Shown in pieces: positions 41,006 to 54,426 of a stretch of DNA of 64,000 nucleotides. Under the pieces are notes generated by a model. The model worked only from the letters and a program-made list of their open reading frames with translations, was not told the DNA's origin and searched no databases. The DNA is from an uncultured Pseudomonadota bacterium (GTDB lineage: Bacteria > Myxococcota_A > Polyangia > Fen-1088). The stretch covers positions 3,643 through 67,642 of the forward strand of contig CAVSOL010000010.1 in NCBI GenBank assembly GCA_963729535.1, written 5' to 3'. Each line of letters starts with the position of its first letter. The first letter of the stretch is position 1. The translations under genes and the position numbers were made by a program.

Positions 41006-42553
41006 CTATTCGTACCGGAGGCCGCTGACCGGCCGGATGCGCGACGCCAGCATCGCGGGGTAGACGGTGGCCAGGCAACACAGCGCCAGCGCCGCCAGGC
41101 CGACCGCGCGCGATCTCGCTCGCCGCGCATGACGATGGGGAGCTTCTCGATGTAATAGACCTCGGCGGGCAGCGGCAGGCCGAAGCGCTCCAGCAGGCGG
41201 CAGCTCAGCACCCCGCAGGTGACGCCGATCGTCATGCCGACGAGGCCGATGTACAGCCCCTCGCCGAAGAAGATGCGCACGATGGCGCCGTCGCGCGCGC
41301 CCATGGATTTCAGGATGGCGATCTCCTTCGCCTTTTCCGTCGCCATCATGATCAGGTTGGCGACGATCGAAAACGACGCCACCAGCGCGATGAAGCAGAG
41401 CGCGATGAACATCACCAGCTTCTCCAGCCTGAGCGCGGCGTACAGACTGCTGTTTAGCTCCTCCCACGATCGCACCAGGTAGCCGGGCCCGAGGCGGCGC
41501 GCGATCTCCGCCGCGACCGCCGCGCGCCGCTTCGGGCGTCACCGTCCGGATCTCGATGCCCGGTGACCTCGCCGTCCATGTTCAGGAACTTCTGCGCGTC
41601 GCGCAGCGCCGACGTAGACCAGCTTGGAATCGAACTCGTACATGCCGGTGTAGAAGTGGCCCGCGACGCGGAACGGTTTCAGCTTGGGCATCGGCCCCGC
41701 CGGACCGACGCCGCACACCGGGCAGGCGACGTCGACCTCGCTGCCGATGAACACGCGCAGGATGCGCAGGTACAGCTCCTCGCCCAGCAGGATGCCCGGC
41801 AACACGCGCGCCGGCGCCGCGCGCCGCGGCGTCGCCGTCGGCCGCGTCGCCGCGTCCAGTCGACCGCCGAGGCCGGCGGGGATCTGCTCCGGGTGCTCGA
41901 GATACGAGACCTTGCCTTCCTTCAACGTCCGTTCGATGCCGAGCACGTGCGGCGCGCGCCCGGGCTGGATGCCGCGCAGCACGACGCCCATGCCGGCGGC
42001 GTTGGTGGCGTGTTTGACGATCACCTCCGACTCGACGTAGGCCATCGACCCCGCCATGCCGGGGATGCCGGCCAGCTTGGCGTCCACCGCCTGCCAGTCG
42101 GTGAACGGCCGGTCGTCCTGCATCTCGATGACGACGTCGGCCTTGGTCGATCGGATCTTGGTCTTCAGGTCGTTCTCGAACCCCGACATCACCGACAACG
42201 CGATGATCGGCGCCGCCGTGCCCAGGTAGACGCTGAAGATCGACAGCGCGGTGAACACCCGGAACGCGTGGAACAGGACCGCCAGCAGCAACGCCTGCAG
42301 CGCCAGCCCAAGCTCGATGGCCGCGGCGATCTTCACGTAGCCGAGCCACGCCAGCGGGCGCGCCTCCGCCCATTCACCGGGGGCGAACGCCGTCTTCGCG
42401 GTCAGAAACCGCGGCAGCAGCTCCGCGAGCCGCGTAGCTGACGACGGCCAGCAGCAGCAGCGACAGGCCGACGATCAGCGTCTTGTGCGACGAGCGATCG
42501 GGATCGCGCAGGTGGCGCCAGGCGACGAGCCATTCGAACCCCGGCGCCAGCAT
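41006..42553 (-). CDS. LolC/LolE-type (FtsX-family) lipoprotein-release permease (at least 4 frameshifts)
   Basis: [16 protein letters not shown].. N-terminus, a periplasmic MacB-like domain, and a C-terminal FtsX domain ..[37 protein letters not shown], pieced together from three frames. Confidence 0.75.
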
Positions 42554-42564
42554 GGCGGCCGGCC

Positions 42565-44152
<1,588 letters not shown>

Positions 44153-44260
44153 GGTTCTCCACGGGTTGCCAACAGGATCGGCCGCCCCAAGTCATTGATT
44201 TGATTAACAACCACGGAATCAGTCCACAGCTGTTCGGTTTGTGTCGATTCGGTAACCACC

Positions 44261-45407
44261 CTAGAGGTCATCGTCGTCCGGCTTGGAAACGGGAAGGGCC
44301 GTGCGGTCGCCGGCCAGCTCCAGGAGCATGGCCACCATGAACTGATCCAGGTCGCCGTCCAGCACGGCGTCGACGTTGCCGACCTTCAGTCCCGTGCGGT
44401 GGTCGGTCGTCAGCCGGTAGGGCGCCAGGACGTACGACCGGATCTGGCTGCCCCACTCGATCGCCTTCTTCTGGGCGTGGATGTTGCCCATCTTTTCTTC
44501 CTGCTTCTTCTGCTCCACCTCGAACAGCTTGGAGCGCAGGATGCGCATCGCGGTCGCCTTGTTCTTGTGCTGCGAGCGTTCTTGGTCCGAGTGCACGGCG
44601 ATGCCGGTGGGGAGGTGGGTGACCCGCACCGCCGACTCCGTCTTGTTGACGTGCTGGCCGCCCGCGCCGCCCGAGCGCATGACGTCGATGCGCAGGTCCT
44701 TGTCGTCGATCTCGACCTTGATGGTCTCGTCGATGTCCGGATAGATGAAGACGCTGGCGAACGACGTGTGGCGGCGCGCGGCCGAGTCGTACGGCGAGAT
44801 GCGCACCAGCCGGTGGACGCCCGCCTCGGCGCGCAGCCAGCCGTAAGCCCACTCGCCCTCGACGCCGATGGTCGCGCTCTTGATGCCCGCCTCGTCGCCG
44901 GGCTGCCGGTCCAGCTCTTCGACCTTGAATCCTTTGCGCTCGGCCCAGCGGATGTACATGCGCAACAGCATCTCGGCCCAGTCCTGCGACTCGGTGCCGC
45001 CCGCGCCCGCGTTGATGCTGACCAGCGCGCCGTTGCGGTCGTACAGCCCCGACAACATGCGCGCGAACTCCATCTTGCTGATCACGTCTTCGGCGGCGGC
45101 CAGCGTCGCGGCCGCCTCCGCCGCCGTCGCCTCGTCTTTGGCCTCGTCGGCCATGTCGATCAGCACGCCAGCGTCTTCGGCCGCCTTGCCCTGCGCATCA
45201 AACCCGTCGACGGTGGACTTGAGCCGCGCTTGCTCGCGTAACACCGCCTGCGCCTTGTCGGTCGCGTTCCAGAAGCCTTCGACCGTCGTCTGCTCGTCCA
45301 GCTCCGCTATCCGTGCGCGTTTGCCGGCGATGTCAAAGATGCCCCCGGAGAATCTCCAGCCGGCTCGTCAGCTTCGACAGGCGATCTCGCAGGGGCCCGA
45401 TTTCCAT
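44261..45407 (-). CDS. prfB: peptide chain release factor 2 with programmed +1 frameshift
   Basis: ORF0 MEIGPLRDRLSKLTSRLEILRGHL stops at TGA within CTT TGA C. The +1 frame continues DIAGKRARIAELDEQ... and joins the 327-codon ORF carrying SPF-type ..SPYDS.. and GGQ (RSGGAGGQHVNKT). Confidence 0.95.
45333..45338 (-). other. prfB autoregulatory +1 recoding site CUU UGA (C)
   Basis: The minus strand reads ..CTCCGGGGGCAT CTT TGA C.. It has the canonical slippery CUU, a UGA stop followed by C, and a GGGGG Shine-Dalgarno-like element 3 nt upstream. Confidence 0.9.
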
Positions 45408-45434
45408 GGCCGCGGAGGATAGCACCTCGAGCGC

Positions 45435-46055
45435 CTATCGAAGGGCGTCTCGGCGGTAGTTTTCTTTGAGGCGGACGTATTTGGCGGCGAGCGCGCGGTG
45501 GAAGGCCTCGTCGTCGGCGGTCAGCGTGCGGATCACCTTGGCGGGAGCGCCGAGCACCAGGCTGCGCGGCGGGATCACCGTGCGCGCGGTGACCAGCGCG
45601 CCCGCGCCGACCACCGAGCCGGCGCCGATGACCGCCTGGTCCAGGATCGTCGACTGCATGCCGATCAGGCAGCCGTCCTCGACCCGGCAGGCGTGGACCA
45701 TGGCGCGGTGGCCGACGACGCAGTCGGCGCCGATGTCGCACGCGCCGTCATCGGCGACATGGACGACGGTGCCGTCCTGGATGTTGGTCCGCGCCCCGAC
45801 AGTGACCGGCATCAGGTCGCCGCGCAGCACGGCGCCGTACCAGATCGACACGTCGTCACCCAGGCGCACGTCGCCCACCACCGCCGCGCCCGGGAAGATC
45901 AGCGTCCGCTCGCCTGCGACAGGCAGCGTGGCCAGGTAGCGATCGATGATCGCGCGCGGGAAGCGGCGCCGCAGCTCCTCGACCCGCGCGTCCAGCGCCG
46001 CCGCATCCGCCAGCGGGCCGTCGACGACGGTCACCGACGTGGCGATGGTGGTCAT
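45435..46055 (-). CDS. gamma-carbonic-anhydrase-like hexapeptide-repeat protein
   Basis: ..GDVRLGDDVSIWYGAVLRGD..VTVGARTNIQDGTVVH..IGADCVVGHRAMVH.C.VEDGCLIGM.. typical of the YrdA/PaaY family. Confidence 0.85.
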   Translation of the reverse strand: MTTIATSVTVVDGPLADAAALDARVEELRRRFPRAIIDRYLATLPVAGERTLIFPGAAVVGDVRLGDDVSIWYGAVLRGDLMPVTVGARTNIQDGTVVHVADDGACDIGADCVVGHRAMVHACRVEDGCLIGMQSTILDQAVIGAGSVVGAGALVTARTVIPPRSLVLGAPAKVIRTLTADDEAFHRALAAKYVRLKENYRRDALR

Positions 46056-46058
46056 GCC

Positions 46059-47450
46059 TTACGCGCCGACGAGCCGCAGCTGGCGCAGGCGCGCCGGCTG
46101 CTGGATCTGGATCGGGTAGTCATTGGAGAAACAAGCGTCGCAAAAGCCGTTCTTGGGCCCGTCGCTGGCGCTGTTGACCGAATCGTAGAGACCGGCAAGC
46201 GACAGGTAGCCAAGCGAGTCGGCGCCGAGGAAGTCGCGGATCTGCTCGACCGTGTGGTTGGCGCCGATCAGCTCCTCCCGCGTCGGCGTGTCGATGCCAT
46301 AGCTGCAAGGGCCGACGGTCGGTGGCGAGCTGATACGCATGTGAACCTCGCGAGCGCCGGCTGAGCGAAGCATGCCCACGATCTTGCGCGACGTCGTGCC
46401 GCGCACGATCGAATCGTCGACGACCACGACGCGCTTGCCGGACAGCACCTCGCGCACGGGCGACAGCTTCAACTTGACGCCGAAGTGGCGGATCTGCTGC
46501 GACGGCTCGATGAACGTGCGCCCCATGTAGTGCGAGCGCATCAGCCCCTGGTCGTAGGGGATGCCGCTTTCACGCGCATAACCGATCGCCGCCGCGACGC
46601 CGGAATCGGGCACGGGAATCACCACGTCGGCAGGCACAGCGTGCTCGACGGCCAGCCGCCGCCCCATCCGCTCGCGTGCGCGATAAACAGAGCGGCCGTC
46701 GATGGTCGAGTCGGGGCGGGCGAAGTAGACCCACTCGAACACGCAACGGCGCGGCTTCTGCGCGGTGAACGGGTGCTCGGACCGGATGCCGGAGCGGTCG
46801 ATGACAACCATCTCGCCTGGCTCGACGTCGCGCACGTGTTCGGCCTCGATCAGCTCGAACGCGCAGGTCTCCGACGACACGGCCCAGGCGTCCTTCCTCT
46901 TGCCCAGCGCCAGCGGACGGAAGCCCATGGGGTCACGCACGGCGATCAGCATGTCCTCCGCCAGGAACACCAGCGAATACGCGCCACGCACCTGACGGAG
47001 CGCGTCGGCGATCCGCTCCGGCAGCGTCCGCTCGCGCGACCTGGCGATGAGATGGACGATGACCTCGGTGTCGGACGTGCTGGAGAAGATCGACCCGTCG
47101 GCCTCGAGTTGCTCGCGCAGCTCAACGGCGTTGATCAGGTTGCCGTTGTGGCCGACCGCGACCGAACCGCCGGCGTAATCGACGGCAATCGGCTGAGCAT
47201 TCTTCTTCGATGAATCGCCCGAGGTCGAGTAACGAACGTGACCGATGGCCGCGAAGCCGGGCAGGTCCTTCAGCCGGGTGGCGGTGAAGATGTCGTTGAC
47301 GTGCCCCATCTCGCGCGCCGCGAACAGCTTGTCGCCGTCGGTAGAGACGATGCCCGCCGACTCTTGCCCGCGATGCTGAAGCGCGTAGAGGCCCAGGTAC
47401 GCGAGATTTGCCGCTTCAGGGTGTCCGTAGATGCCAACGACCCCGCACAT
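46059..47450 (-). CDS. purF: amidophosphoribosyltransferase
   Basis: [25 protein letters not shown].. Ntn glutaminase domain plus a PRTase motif [13 protein letters not shown]. Intact. Confidence 0.95.
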   Translation of the reverse strand: MCGVVGIYGHPEAANLAYLGLYALQHRGQESAGIVSTDGDKLFAAREMGHVNDIFTATRLKDLPGFAAIGHVRYSTSGDSSKKNAQPIAVDYAGGSVAVGHNGNLINAVELREQLEADGSIFSSTSDTEVIVHLIARSRERTLPERIADALRQVRGAYSLVFLAEDMLIAVRDPMGFRPLALGKRKDAWAVSSETCAFELIEAEHVRDVEPGEMVVIDRSGIRSEHPFTAQKPRRCVFEWVYFARPDSTIDGRSVYRARERMGRRLAVEHAVPADVVIPVPDSGVAAAIGYARESGIPYDQGLMRSHYMGRTFIEPSQQIRHFGVKLKLSPVREVLSGKRVVVVDDSIVRGTTSRKIVGMLRSAGAREVHMRISSPPTVGPCSYGIDTPTREELIGANHTVEQIRDFLGADSLGYLSLAGLYDSVNSASDGPKNGFCDACFSNDYPIQIQQPARLRQLRLVGA

Positions 47451-47575
47451 TTCGCGCGGAGACTAGCACAGTCGCATCGTCACGACCGGAAACCTCGACC
47501 GGCATGGCTCGACGTCATCCGCTGATTACGTCGTCGTCACCGGGAATAGAATTCCACGCCCGCGGATTTGCTCGA

Positions 47576-47603
47576 TTAACATTCGCCGCACTTCGGGCAT
47601 AAT
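47576..47603 (+). promoter_or_regulatory. candidate sigma-70-type promoter for ABC operon 2
   Basis: TTAACA (47576-47581), a 16-nt spacer, CATAAT (47598-47603), 54 nt upstream of ATG 47658, in the 207-bp divergent purF/ABC intergenic region. Confidence 0.3.
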
Positions 47604-47657
47604 GCGCCCGCTCAATCTGCCCTCCAATCCACACTGCGACATGCTGCCCCCACAGCC

Positions 47658-48614
47658 ATGATTGAAGTCAAAGGCCTGACAAAGTATTACGGCGAGCTCG
47701 CGGCGATTCACGACCTCGACTTCTCCATCAAGCGCGGCGAAGTCATCGGGTTTCTGGGGCTCAACGGCGCGGGCAAGACGACCGCGCTCAAGATCCTCGG
47801 CTGCGTGCTCCTTCCCACCGCCGGCGACGTGACCGTCGACGGCATCGACATCGCGCGCAACCCGCACGAGGTGCGGCGCCGCATCGGCTTCCTGCCCGAC
47901 ACGCCGCCGCTGTACGGCGACATGACCGTCGGCCGCTACCTGCGGTTCGCCGCGGAGCTGCGCGGCGTGTCCGCCGCCGCAACGCCGAAGGCCGTCACCG
48001 AGGCCGAGGAGAAGACCGCGCTGCGCGAGGTTCACGACGCGCCGATCTTCAGCCTGTCGCACGGCTACCGGCAGCGCGTCGGCGTGGCGCAGGCGCTGGT
48101 CCACAAGCCGAAGCTGCTCATCCTGGACGAGCCGACCAGCGGTCTCGACCCGGTGCAGATCGTCGAGATGCGCGAGATGATCCGCACCCTGCGCGGCGAC
48201 CACACGGTGCTGCTGTCCAGCCACATCCTCTCCGAGATCAGCCAGACCTGCGACCGCCTGCTGGTCATCCAGCGCGGTGAGATCGTCGCGCAGGGATCGG
48301 AGCAGGACCTGGCGACGAAGCTCGGCGGCGAAACCGCCACCATCGAGGTCGAGGTCGCCGGCCCGTCGGCGCGCGCCATCGAGGTCGCGCGCACCGTCAC
48401 CGGCATCGGCGAGTGCACGGTCATCCGCGAAGCCAGCGGCGTGGCGCTGCTGTCGCTGCAGGGCATGCCCGATCTTCGCCCCAAGGTCGTGCGCGCGCTG
48501 GTCCAGAACAACATCGACGTGCTGCGCGTCGATCGCGGCGCCGCCCGCCTGGAGTCGATCTTCCTCAAGCTCACCAAGGACGACAAGTCGGCGCGGCGGG
48601 AGGTGGTGTCGTGA
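47658..48614 (+). CDS. ABC transporter ATP-binding protein (ABC-2/GldA-like), operon 2
   Basis: Walker A GLNGAGKTT, LSHGYRQR, ILDEPTSGLD. Paralog of 28831-29799. Confidence 0.9.
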   Translation: MIEVKGLTKYYGELAAIHDLDFSIKRGEVIGFLGLNGAGKTTALKILGCVLLPTAGDVTVDGIDIARNPHEVRRRIGFLPDTPPLYGDMTVGRYLRFAAELRGVSAAATPKAVTEAEEKTALREVHDAPIFSLSHGYRQRVGVAQALVHKPKLLILDEPTSGLDPVQIVEMREMIRTLRGDHTVLLSSHILSEISQTCDRLLVIQRGEIVAQGSEQDLATKLGGETATIEVEVAGPSARAIEVARTVTGIGECTVIREASGVALLSLQGMPDLRPKVVRALVQNNIDVLRVDRGAARLESIFLKLTKDDKSARREVVS

Positions 48615-49337
48615 AGGCGACCCTGCTGATCGCGCGGCGCGAGCTCGGCGCCTACTTCCGCACGATGAGCGGCTACATCATGGCCGCTCTCCTGCTGCTG
48701 TTCGACGGCGTCGCCCTCAACGCCTACGCCATGGGCGGCGGCGAGATGTTGTCCGCCGACGTGGTCGCGAGGTTCTTCGAGGTGTCGTTCGGCACCACGG
48801 CCGTCGCGAGCGTCTTCATCTCCATGCGGCTGATCGCCGAGGAGCGGCAGACCGGAACGCTGGTGCTGCTGTCGTCGTCGCCGATCCACGACTGGCAGAT
48901 CGTGCGTCGGCAAGTTCCTGTCCGCGCTGGCGTTCCTGGCGATCGTCAAGCTGGTCGGCATCTACATGCCCGCCCTCATCATGGTGAACGGCAAGGTCTC
49001 CGTCGGGCACCTGTTTGCCGGCTACGTCGGCGTGCTGCTGGTGGGCTCGGCGACGCTCGCCATCGGCGTGTTCGGCTCGGCGCTGGCCCGCACGCAGGTG
49101 CTGGCCGCGATCTTCTCGGGTCTCATGGTCGCGGTGCTGGTGCTGTCGCACCTGCTGTCGCGCGTGACCGATCGGCCGCTCAAGGACTTCTTCATGGCGC
49201 TCGCGCTCTACGCGCGGCACTTCCCCCCCTTCCAGATGGGCGTCATCAACGTGCGCGACGTGGCCTATTACCTGGCGCTGACCTACGTGGCGCTGTTCGG
49301 CGCCGTTCGGGTCATGGAGGCGCGGCGATGGCGATAA
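48611..49337 (+). CDS. ABC-2 type permease, operon 2 (frameshift near 48905)
   Basis: GTGA overlap with the ATPase stop. VKATLLIARRELGAYFRTMSGYIMAALLLL.. continues as GKFLSALAFLAIVKL..MEARRWR* in the next frame. Confidence 0.75.
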
Positions 49338-51211
49338 CGGCGCGCGGCACCAGCGGCCGCTGGTCAGCCCTGTGGGGCTTCGGCATGTTGTCGATCTTCG
49401 TCGGCGAACGGATGATCGGCGCGGGCCGGCCCCGTGTCGTGTTCACGGTGCTCGGCATTGTGTGCGTGCTGGCGGCGATGGCCGTCCGCTTCGTGCGCTC
49501 GCGCAGCGCGACGGCTGACCGGCGCACGCTCGAGAACACGCTGCTCGCGCTCTACGGGCTCGGCCTCGCGGCCGTCGCCCTGTACGTCTTCCAGTCGGAC
49601 ATCTGGGCGACGCTGTTCGGCAAGCCGCTGGAGAAGAACTGGCCCAAGCTGTCGACCGCCCTGTCAGCGCTGTGGTTTGCGGCCTGGCTGCTCTCCGCGT
49701 GGCCGGTCTTGCTGGTCGAGATGGCGCACGCGCAGATGGCGCGCGCGCCGCGCCTGGAGCTCGGCCGGATCCGCGGCGCGATGCTGTCGGGCTTCGGGCT
49801 AGCGTCAGCGCTGACGGCGGCGATCGCGTTCACGTACGTCGCGTCGGAGCGCAACACCAAGTTCGATCTCGCCTACTTCCGCACCACGCGGCCGGGCGAG
49901 GTCACCCGCCGCATCGTGCGCAACCTGGACCAGCCCATCGAAGCCGCGGTGTTCTTCCCCGCCGGCAGCGAGGTGGTCGACGAGATCGACACTTACCTCA
50001 ACGAGCTGGCCAAGGAGTCGTCGCAGCTCAAGATCACGCACTACGACTACGACATCGACCCCGTGAAGGCGAAGGACTACGGCGTGTCGAGCAACGGCGT
50101 CATCGTGTTCGTGCGCGCGGCCAAGAAGGAACAGCTGGGGCTGCCGCGCGAGATGGAGGCGGCGAAGACCGGGCTGCGCACGCTCGACAAGGAAGTGCAG
50201 CAGCGCCTGATGATGGTGGTCAAGCCGCCGCGGACGGTGGGCTTCACGGTGGGCCACGGCGAACGCACCTGGGAGAAGCCCGAGAACGACACCGACAAGC
50301 GCGCCGGCATCGCGATCCTGCGCGACGCGCTCATCGATCAGACCTACGACGTGCGCAACATCAGCGCCGCCGACGGGCTGATGAGCGACATCCCCAAGAA
50401 CATCTCGCTGCTGGCCATCATCGGCCCGCGCACGAAGTTCCAGCCCGAAGAGCTGGCGGCGGTCAACCGCTACATCGCCAACGGCGGCCGCGTGCTGATC
50501 GCGCTGGATCCCGACAACAACGTCGACATGAAAGAGATCCTGGCGCCGCTGAACCTGACGTTCATGCCCGAACAGCTGGCGAACGAACAGAGCTTCGCGC
50601 GCCGCCAGGAACAGAAGATCAGCGACCGCGCGAACCTGGTGACGTCGACGTTCTCGTCGCACCCGTCGGTCACGACGCTGTCGCGGCTGGGGCCGCGTGC
50701 GTCGCTGGTCATGCCGGGCGCGGGCTGGATCAACACCAAGCGCGATCGCAGCGCCGAGATCCCCGTCGACTCGCCGATAAAGGCGCACTTCGCGACGTTC
50801 GTCGACAAGCAACCGGAACTTCGAGCAGGACCAGGGCGAAGAAAAGCGCGCCTGGGAGCTGGCGGCCACCGCGGTCAAGAAGGACGCGCGCATCTTCGTC
50901 ATCGCGGACTCGGACATGTTCGGTGACGAGGCGATCCGGGTCGGCGGCAACGGCCTGCTGGCGCTGGACGCCGTGCACTGGCTGATGGGAGACGAAGCGT
51001 TCTCCGGCCAGACGTCGACGGAGGCCGACGTGAAGATCACTCACACGCGCAAGCAGGACGTGGCCTGGTTCTACGCGACGGTGTTCCTGGTGCCGGCCGC
51101 CGTGATCGGCGCGGGCGTCATGGTCACGCGCGGCAAGCGCCGCCCAAGTCGCCGCGCGCGGGCAGCCCGCCTGCTGCGCCGCCCGCGACCGGGGCTGGAG
51201 GTGCCGCGTGA
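49328..51211 (+). CDS. GldG-like auxiliary protein with extra N-terminal polytopic membrane domain, operon 2 (frameshifts near 50811 and 51143)
   Basis: ATG 49328 overlaps the permease stop. About 6 hydrophobic helices in the first ~170 aa, then a GldG-like domain (..IEAAVFFPAGSEV..LIALDPDNN..IFVIADSDMFGDEA..), a C-terminal TM, and a TGA overlapping the next GTG. Confidence 0.7.
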
Positions 51212-52276
51212 CCGGCCGCGGCGTCGCCGTGCAGGGTGGCTTGGCCACGCTGGGCCTGCTGGCCGCGTACCTGACCTGGCAGCGCGAGCCCGAGCGCGCG
51301 CCCGGGGCCGTGACCGTGATCGACGCGAGCAAGTCGGACGTCACGCTGATCCGCTACGAAGACGACTCCAACGCCGTCGATCTGACCCGCCAGGGCAAGG
51401 ACGTCTGGCTGCACCTGGTCGTGAAGAAGGCGGCGGAGCCGAAACCCGACCCGCACGGCAAGCCCGACGCCAAGCCGGCGACGCCGCCTCAGCCCCCTCC
51501 CCCGCGCGATCTGCCCGGCGGTGAGGGCGCGAAGAAGCTCTACGACCAGTTCGCGCCGTTGACGTCGCCGCGCGCGTTCGGCGTCCTCGAGGCCGCGAAG
51601 CTGAAGGAGCTGGGGCTGGACGCGCCCAAGCGCAAGCTCGAGGTGACGGTCAAGGGCGACGTCCGACGAGTACGAGATCGGCCAACCTACATCCACAGGC
51701 GGCGGCGAAGCGTTCCTGCGCGACACGCGCGACGGGCGCGTCTATCTGATGCCGCGCAGCCTGATCGGCGAGCTGCAGAACGCCACGCACATGATCGATC
51801 GGCGGCTGCACACCTTCGAGCTGGCCGACTTCGATCGCGTCAAGCTGTCGGCGGGCGGCAAGGAAAAGGAGTTCCTGCAGGTCGGCCGCGAATCGCGATC
51901 GACGGCGGGGTTCGCGCCGCCCAAGACGCCCGACAAGCGCGATCAGATGGCCAAGAACTGGCACGATTCGCTGTGGCGGCTGTTCCCGTCGGAGCTGCTG
52001 GGCCGCGGCGAGCAGCCGGCCGGCGGCAAGCCGAACGTCGTGCTGCGCGTCGAATACTTCGAGGGCAAGGACAGCGTCGGCTGGATCGAGATCGCCAAGA
52101 TCGACAACGCCAGCGGCCCTTCGGACGACGTCACGCCGATCGAGTCCTACGTGCGCACCGAGCGGACCGCGAGCTGGGCCAAGATCCACTCGGCCAATCA
52201 GCTCATCTCCGACGCCCAGAAGCTCGATCTCGCGCGCCGTAGGTCTCCAAGCGACTCGCGCAACCAGTTTTCGTAA
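51208..52276 (+). CDS. DUF4340-like protein, operon 2 (frameshift near 51660)
   Basis: GGAGG 8 nt upstream of GTG 51208; a TM helix GGLATLGLLAAYLTW. It continues ..SDEYEIGQPTSTGGGEAFLRDTRDGRVYLMPRSL.. in a second frame. Confidence 0.65.
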
Positions 52277-52328
52277 CCGCGGCGGGGACTTGTTGACGCC
52301 GGGGGGTGGGCAGGAAAGAATCTAGACG

Positions 52329-54426
52329 GTGAAACGCCCTGTCGCCCTGCTCTTCGCGGTGGTCATGCTGGGCGCGGCCGTCGCAGCCTCTCGCGCCGTG
52401 GACGCGTCACGGGCGCGAACCGTCCGGCGCGAGGCGACGCGCAGCGCCGAAGCGGGCGGCATGCAGGCGGCCGAGGCCCTGGCGGCCCATGTGCGCGAGC
52501 TGAAGCTGGAGGCCCAGAACGCGGCCGCCAACCCGCGCCTGGTCGCCGCCCTGCGCGGCAACGCCGACGCCGCGACGCTGCAGGATCTGTTTCGCAGCGA
52601 GGACTGGTGGGAGCCGTACCGCAACGCGTTTCGCGTCTACGCGGTCGCGTTCGAGGGCGACAAGCTGGACGTCATCGAAGGGATGAAGACGGCCGAGTTC
52701 TCCTCCGATCTCATCATCCGCGAGGCGCGCGAGCGCAAGGATGCGGTGGCCGAGATCGTGATGGGCAAGGGCTGGCCATACGCGGCGGCGGCGGCGCGCG
52801 TGGAGTTGCCAGGCAAGTCGATCCCCGCCGTGCTGGTGCTGGCGAAGCCGATCGACGAGACCGCGGTTCGCAAGCTCGCCGAAAAGGCGCGCGGCGCCGT
52901 GCTGCTGTCCGACGGCACGCGCGCTGTGATCGAGGCCGGCGCCGACCCCGAGCGCGAGCTGCTGCGCGCCGCCGTCGGCTCCGAGGCCAAGGGTCCGATC
53001 TACGAGGGCAAGGACGGAACCTGGGCGGCGGCGGTTGGCCAGCTGGTCCCCGGGCTGTGGCTGTGGACGTATCGCCAGCGGCGCGGCGGCCGCGCACGAG
53101 GCCGAAAGCACCGCGGCGGCGACCAACGCGACGATCTGGTCGGTGGCGGGCCTGCTGGCGATCGCTGCGGTGTTCATCGCCCTGCGACGCAAGGAGACGC
53201 CCGCGACGACCACCGCGCAGACGATGGCCGCGGGAGACGCAGACGGGCCGATGGCGGGCGCCCTGCCCGGCACCGGAGGCTCGGCGTTCCGGGCGACGCG
53301 CGCCGGTCTGGGCACGTCGTCGCCCTCCGTTGGCGGGCAGCGTCCCCCCGACCCGTTCGCGCAGGGAGCGACCGAGCAGTACCAGCCGCAACCCGACGCG
53401 CGCCCCCGGCCGACCGACGCCTCCAGGACCATCACCTTCGGCCGCTATCGCCTGCTCGACCAGCTCGGTGAAGGCGGCATGGCGCAGGTCTACACGGCGG
53501 TCACGTTCGGGGCCGAGGGGTTCCGCCGCACCTTCGTCGTCAAGCGCCTGCGCGCCGAGCTGGCGCGTGATCCCGCCGTCGTCGCGCAGTTCATCGACGA
53601 GGCGAACATGGGCTCGACGCTGGTGCACTCGAACATCATCCCGGTGTTCGACTTCGGAAAGGTCGGCGACGAGTACTTCCTGGCGCAGGAGTACATCCTC
53701 GGCCGCGATCTCGGCCGGCTGACGTCGCGTTCGATCGAACGCCGGGTCGGGGCGCTGACGCCGGCGGTCGTGCTGTACGCCGCGTCCGAGACGCTGCGCG
53801 CCCTGGAGTACGCGCACGGCAAGCTGGGCGAAGGCGGGCGGCCGCTGGCCATCGTTCACCGCGACGTTTCGCCCAGCAACATCCTGGTGTCGGCGCGCGG
53901 CGAGGTGAAGCTGTTCGACTTCGGCATCGTCAAGGCCGAGGGGCGCGTCACCAAGACCCAGCACGGCGTCGTGAAGGGGAACGTCAGCTTCATGTCCCCG
54001 GAGCAGGCGCGCGGCATCGCCGTCGACGGGCGCGCGGATCTGTTCTCGCTCGGCCTGGTGATCTTCTATTGCCTGACGGGGGAGCTGCTGTACCAGGGCG
54101 AGACCACCTACGAGCTGCTGGTCAAGGCGGCCACCGGCCCCGGCACCAGCGAGCTGGAGCGCATCGCCGCCCTGCCCGGGCCTTGCGCCGAGATCGTGCG
54201 CAAGGCGCTCGAGGTCGATCCCACCCGCCGTTACCAGACCGCCGCCGAGTTCGCGGCGGCGATTGCGCCACACGTCAGCAGCGGCGCCGCGCAGGCCAGC
54301 GTGCTCATGAGCAAGCTGTTCGCCGAGGACTTCCGCGCCGAAGAGGCGCGCTTCGCGGCCGCGTTCCCCAGCGAGCGCGGGCTCGAGCGACCGAACCCGA
54401 ACGACTACCAGCCCAAGCGGTCGTGA
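52329..54426 (+). CDS. membrane sensor Ser/Thr protein kinase, extracytoplasmic N-domain + C-terminal kinase (frameshift near 53070)
   Basis: Signal-anchor MKRPVALLFAVVMLGAAVAA, a ~230-aa periplasmic domain, a TM helix IWSVAGLLAIAAVFIAL, and an active kinase: GEGGMAQVY, FVVKRL, HSNIIPVFDFG, IVHRDVSPSNILV, KLFDFG, SFMSPEQ. Confidence 0.8.
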
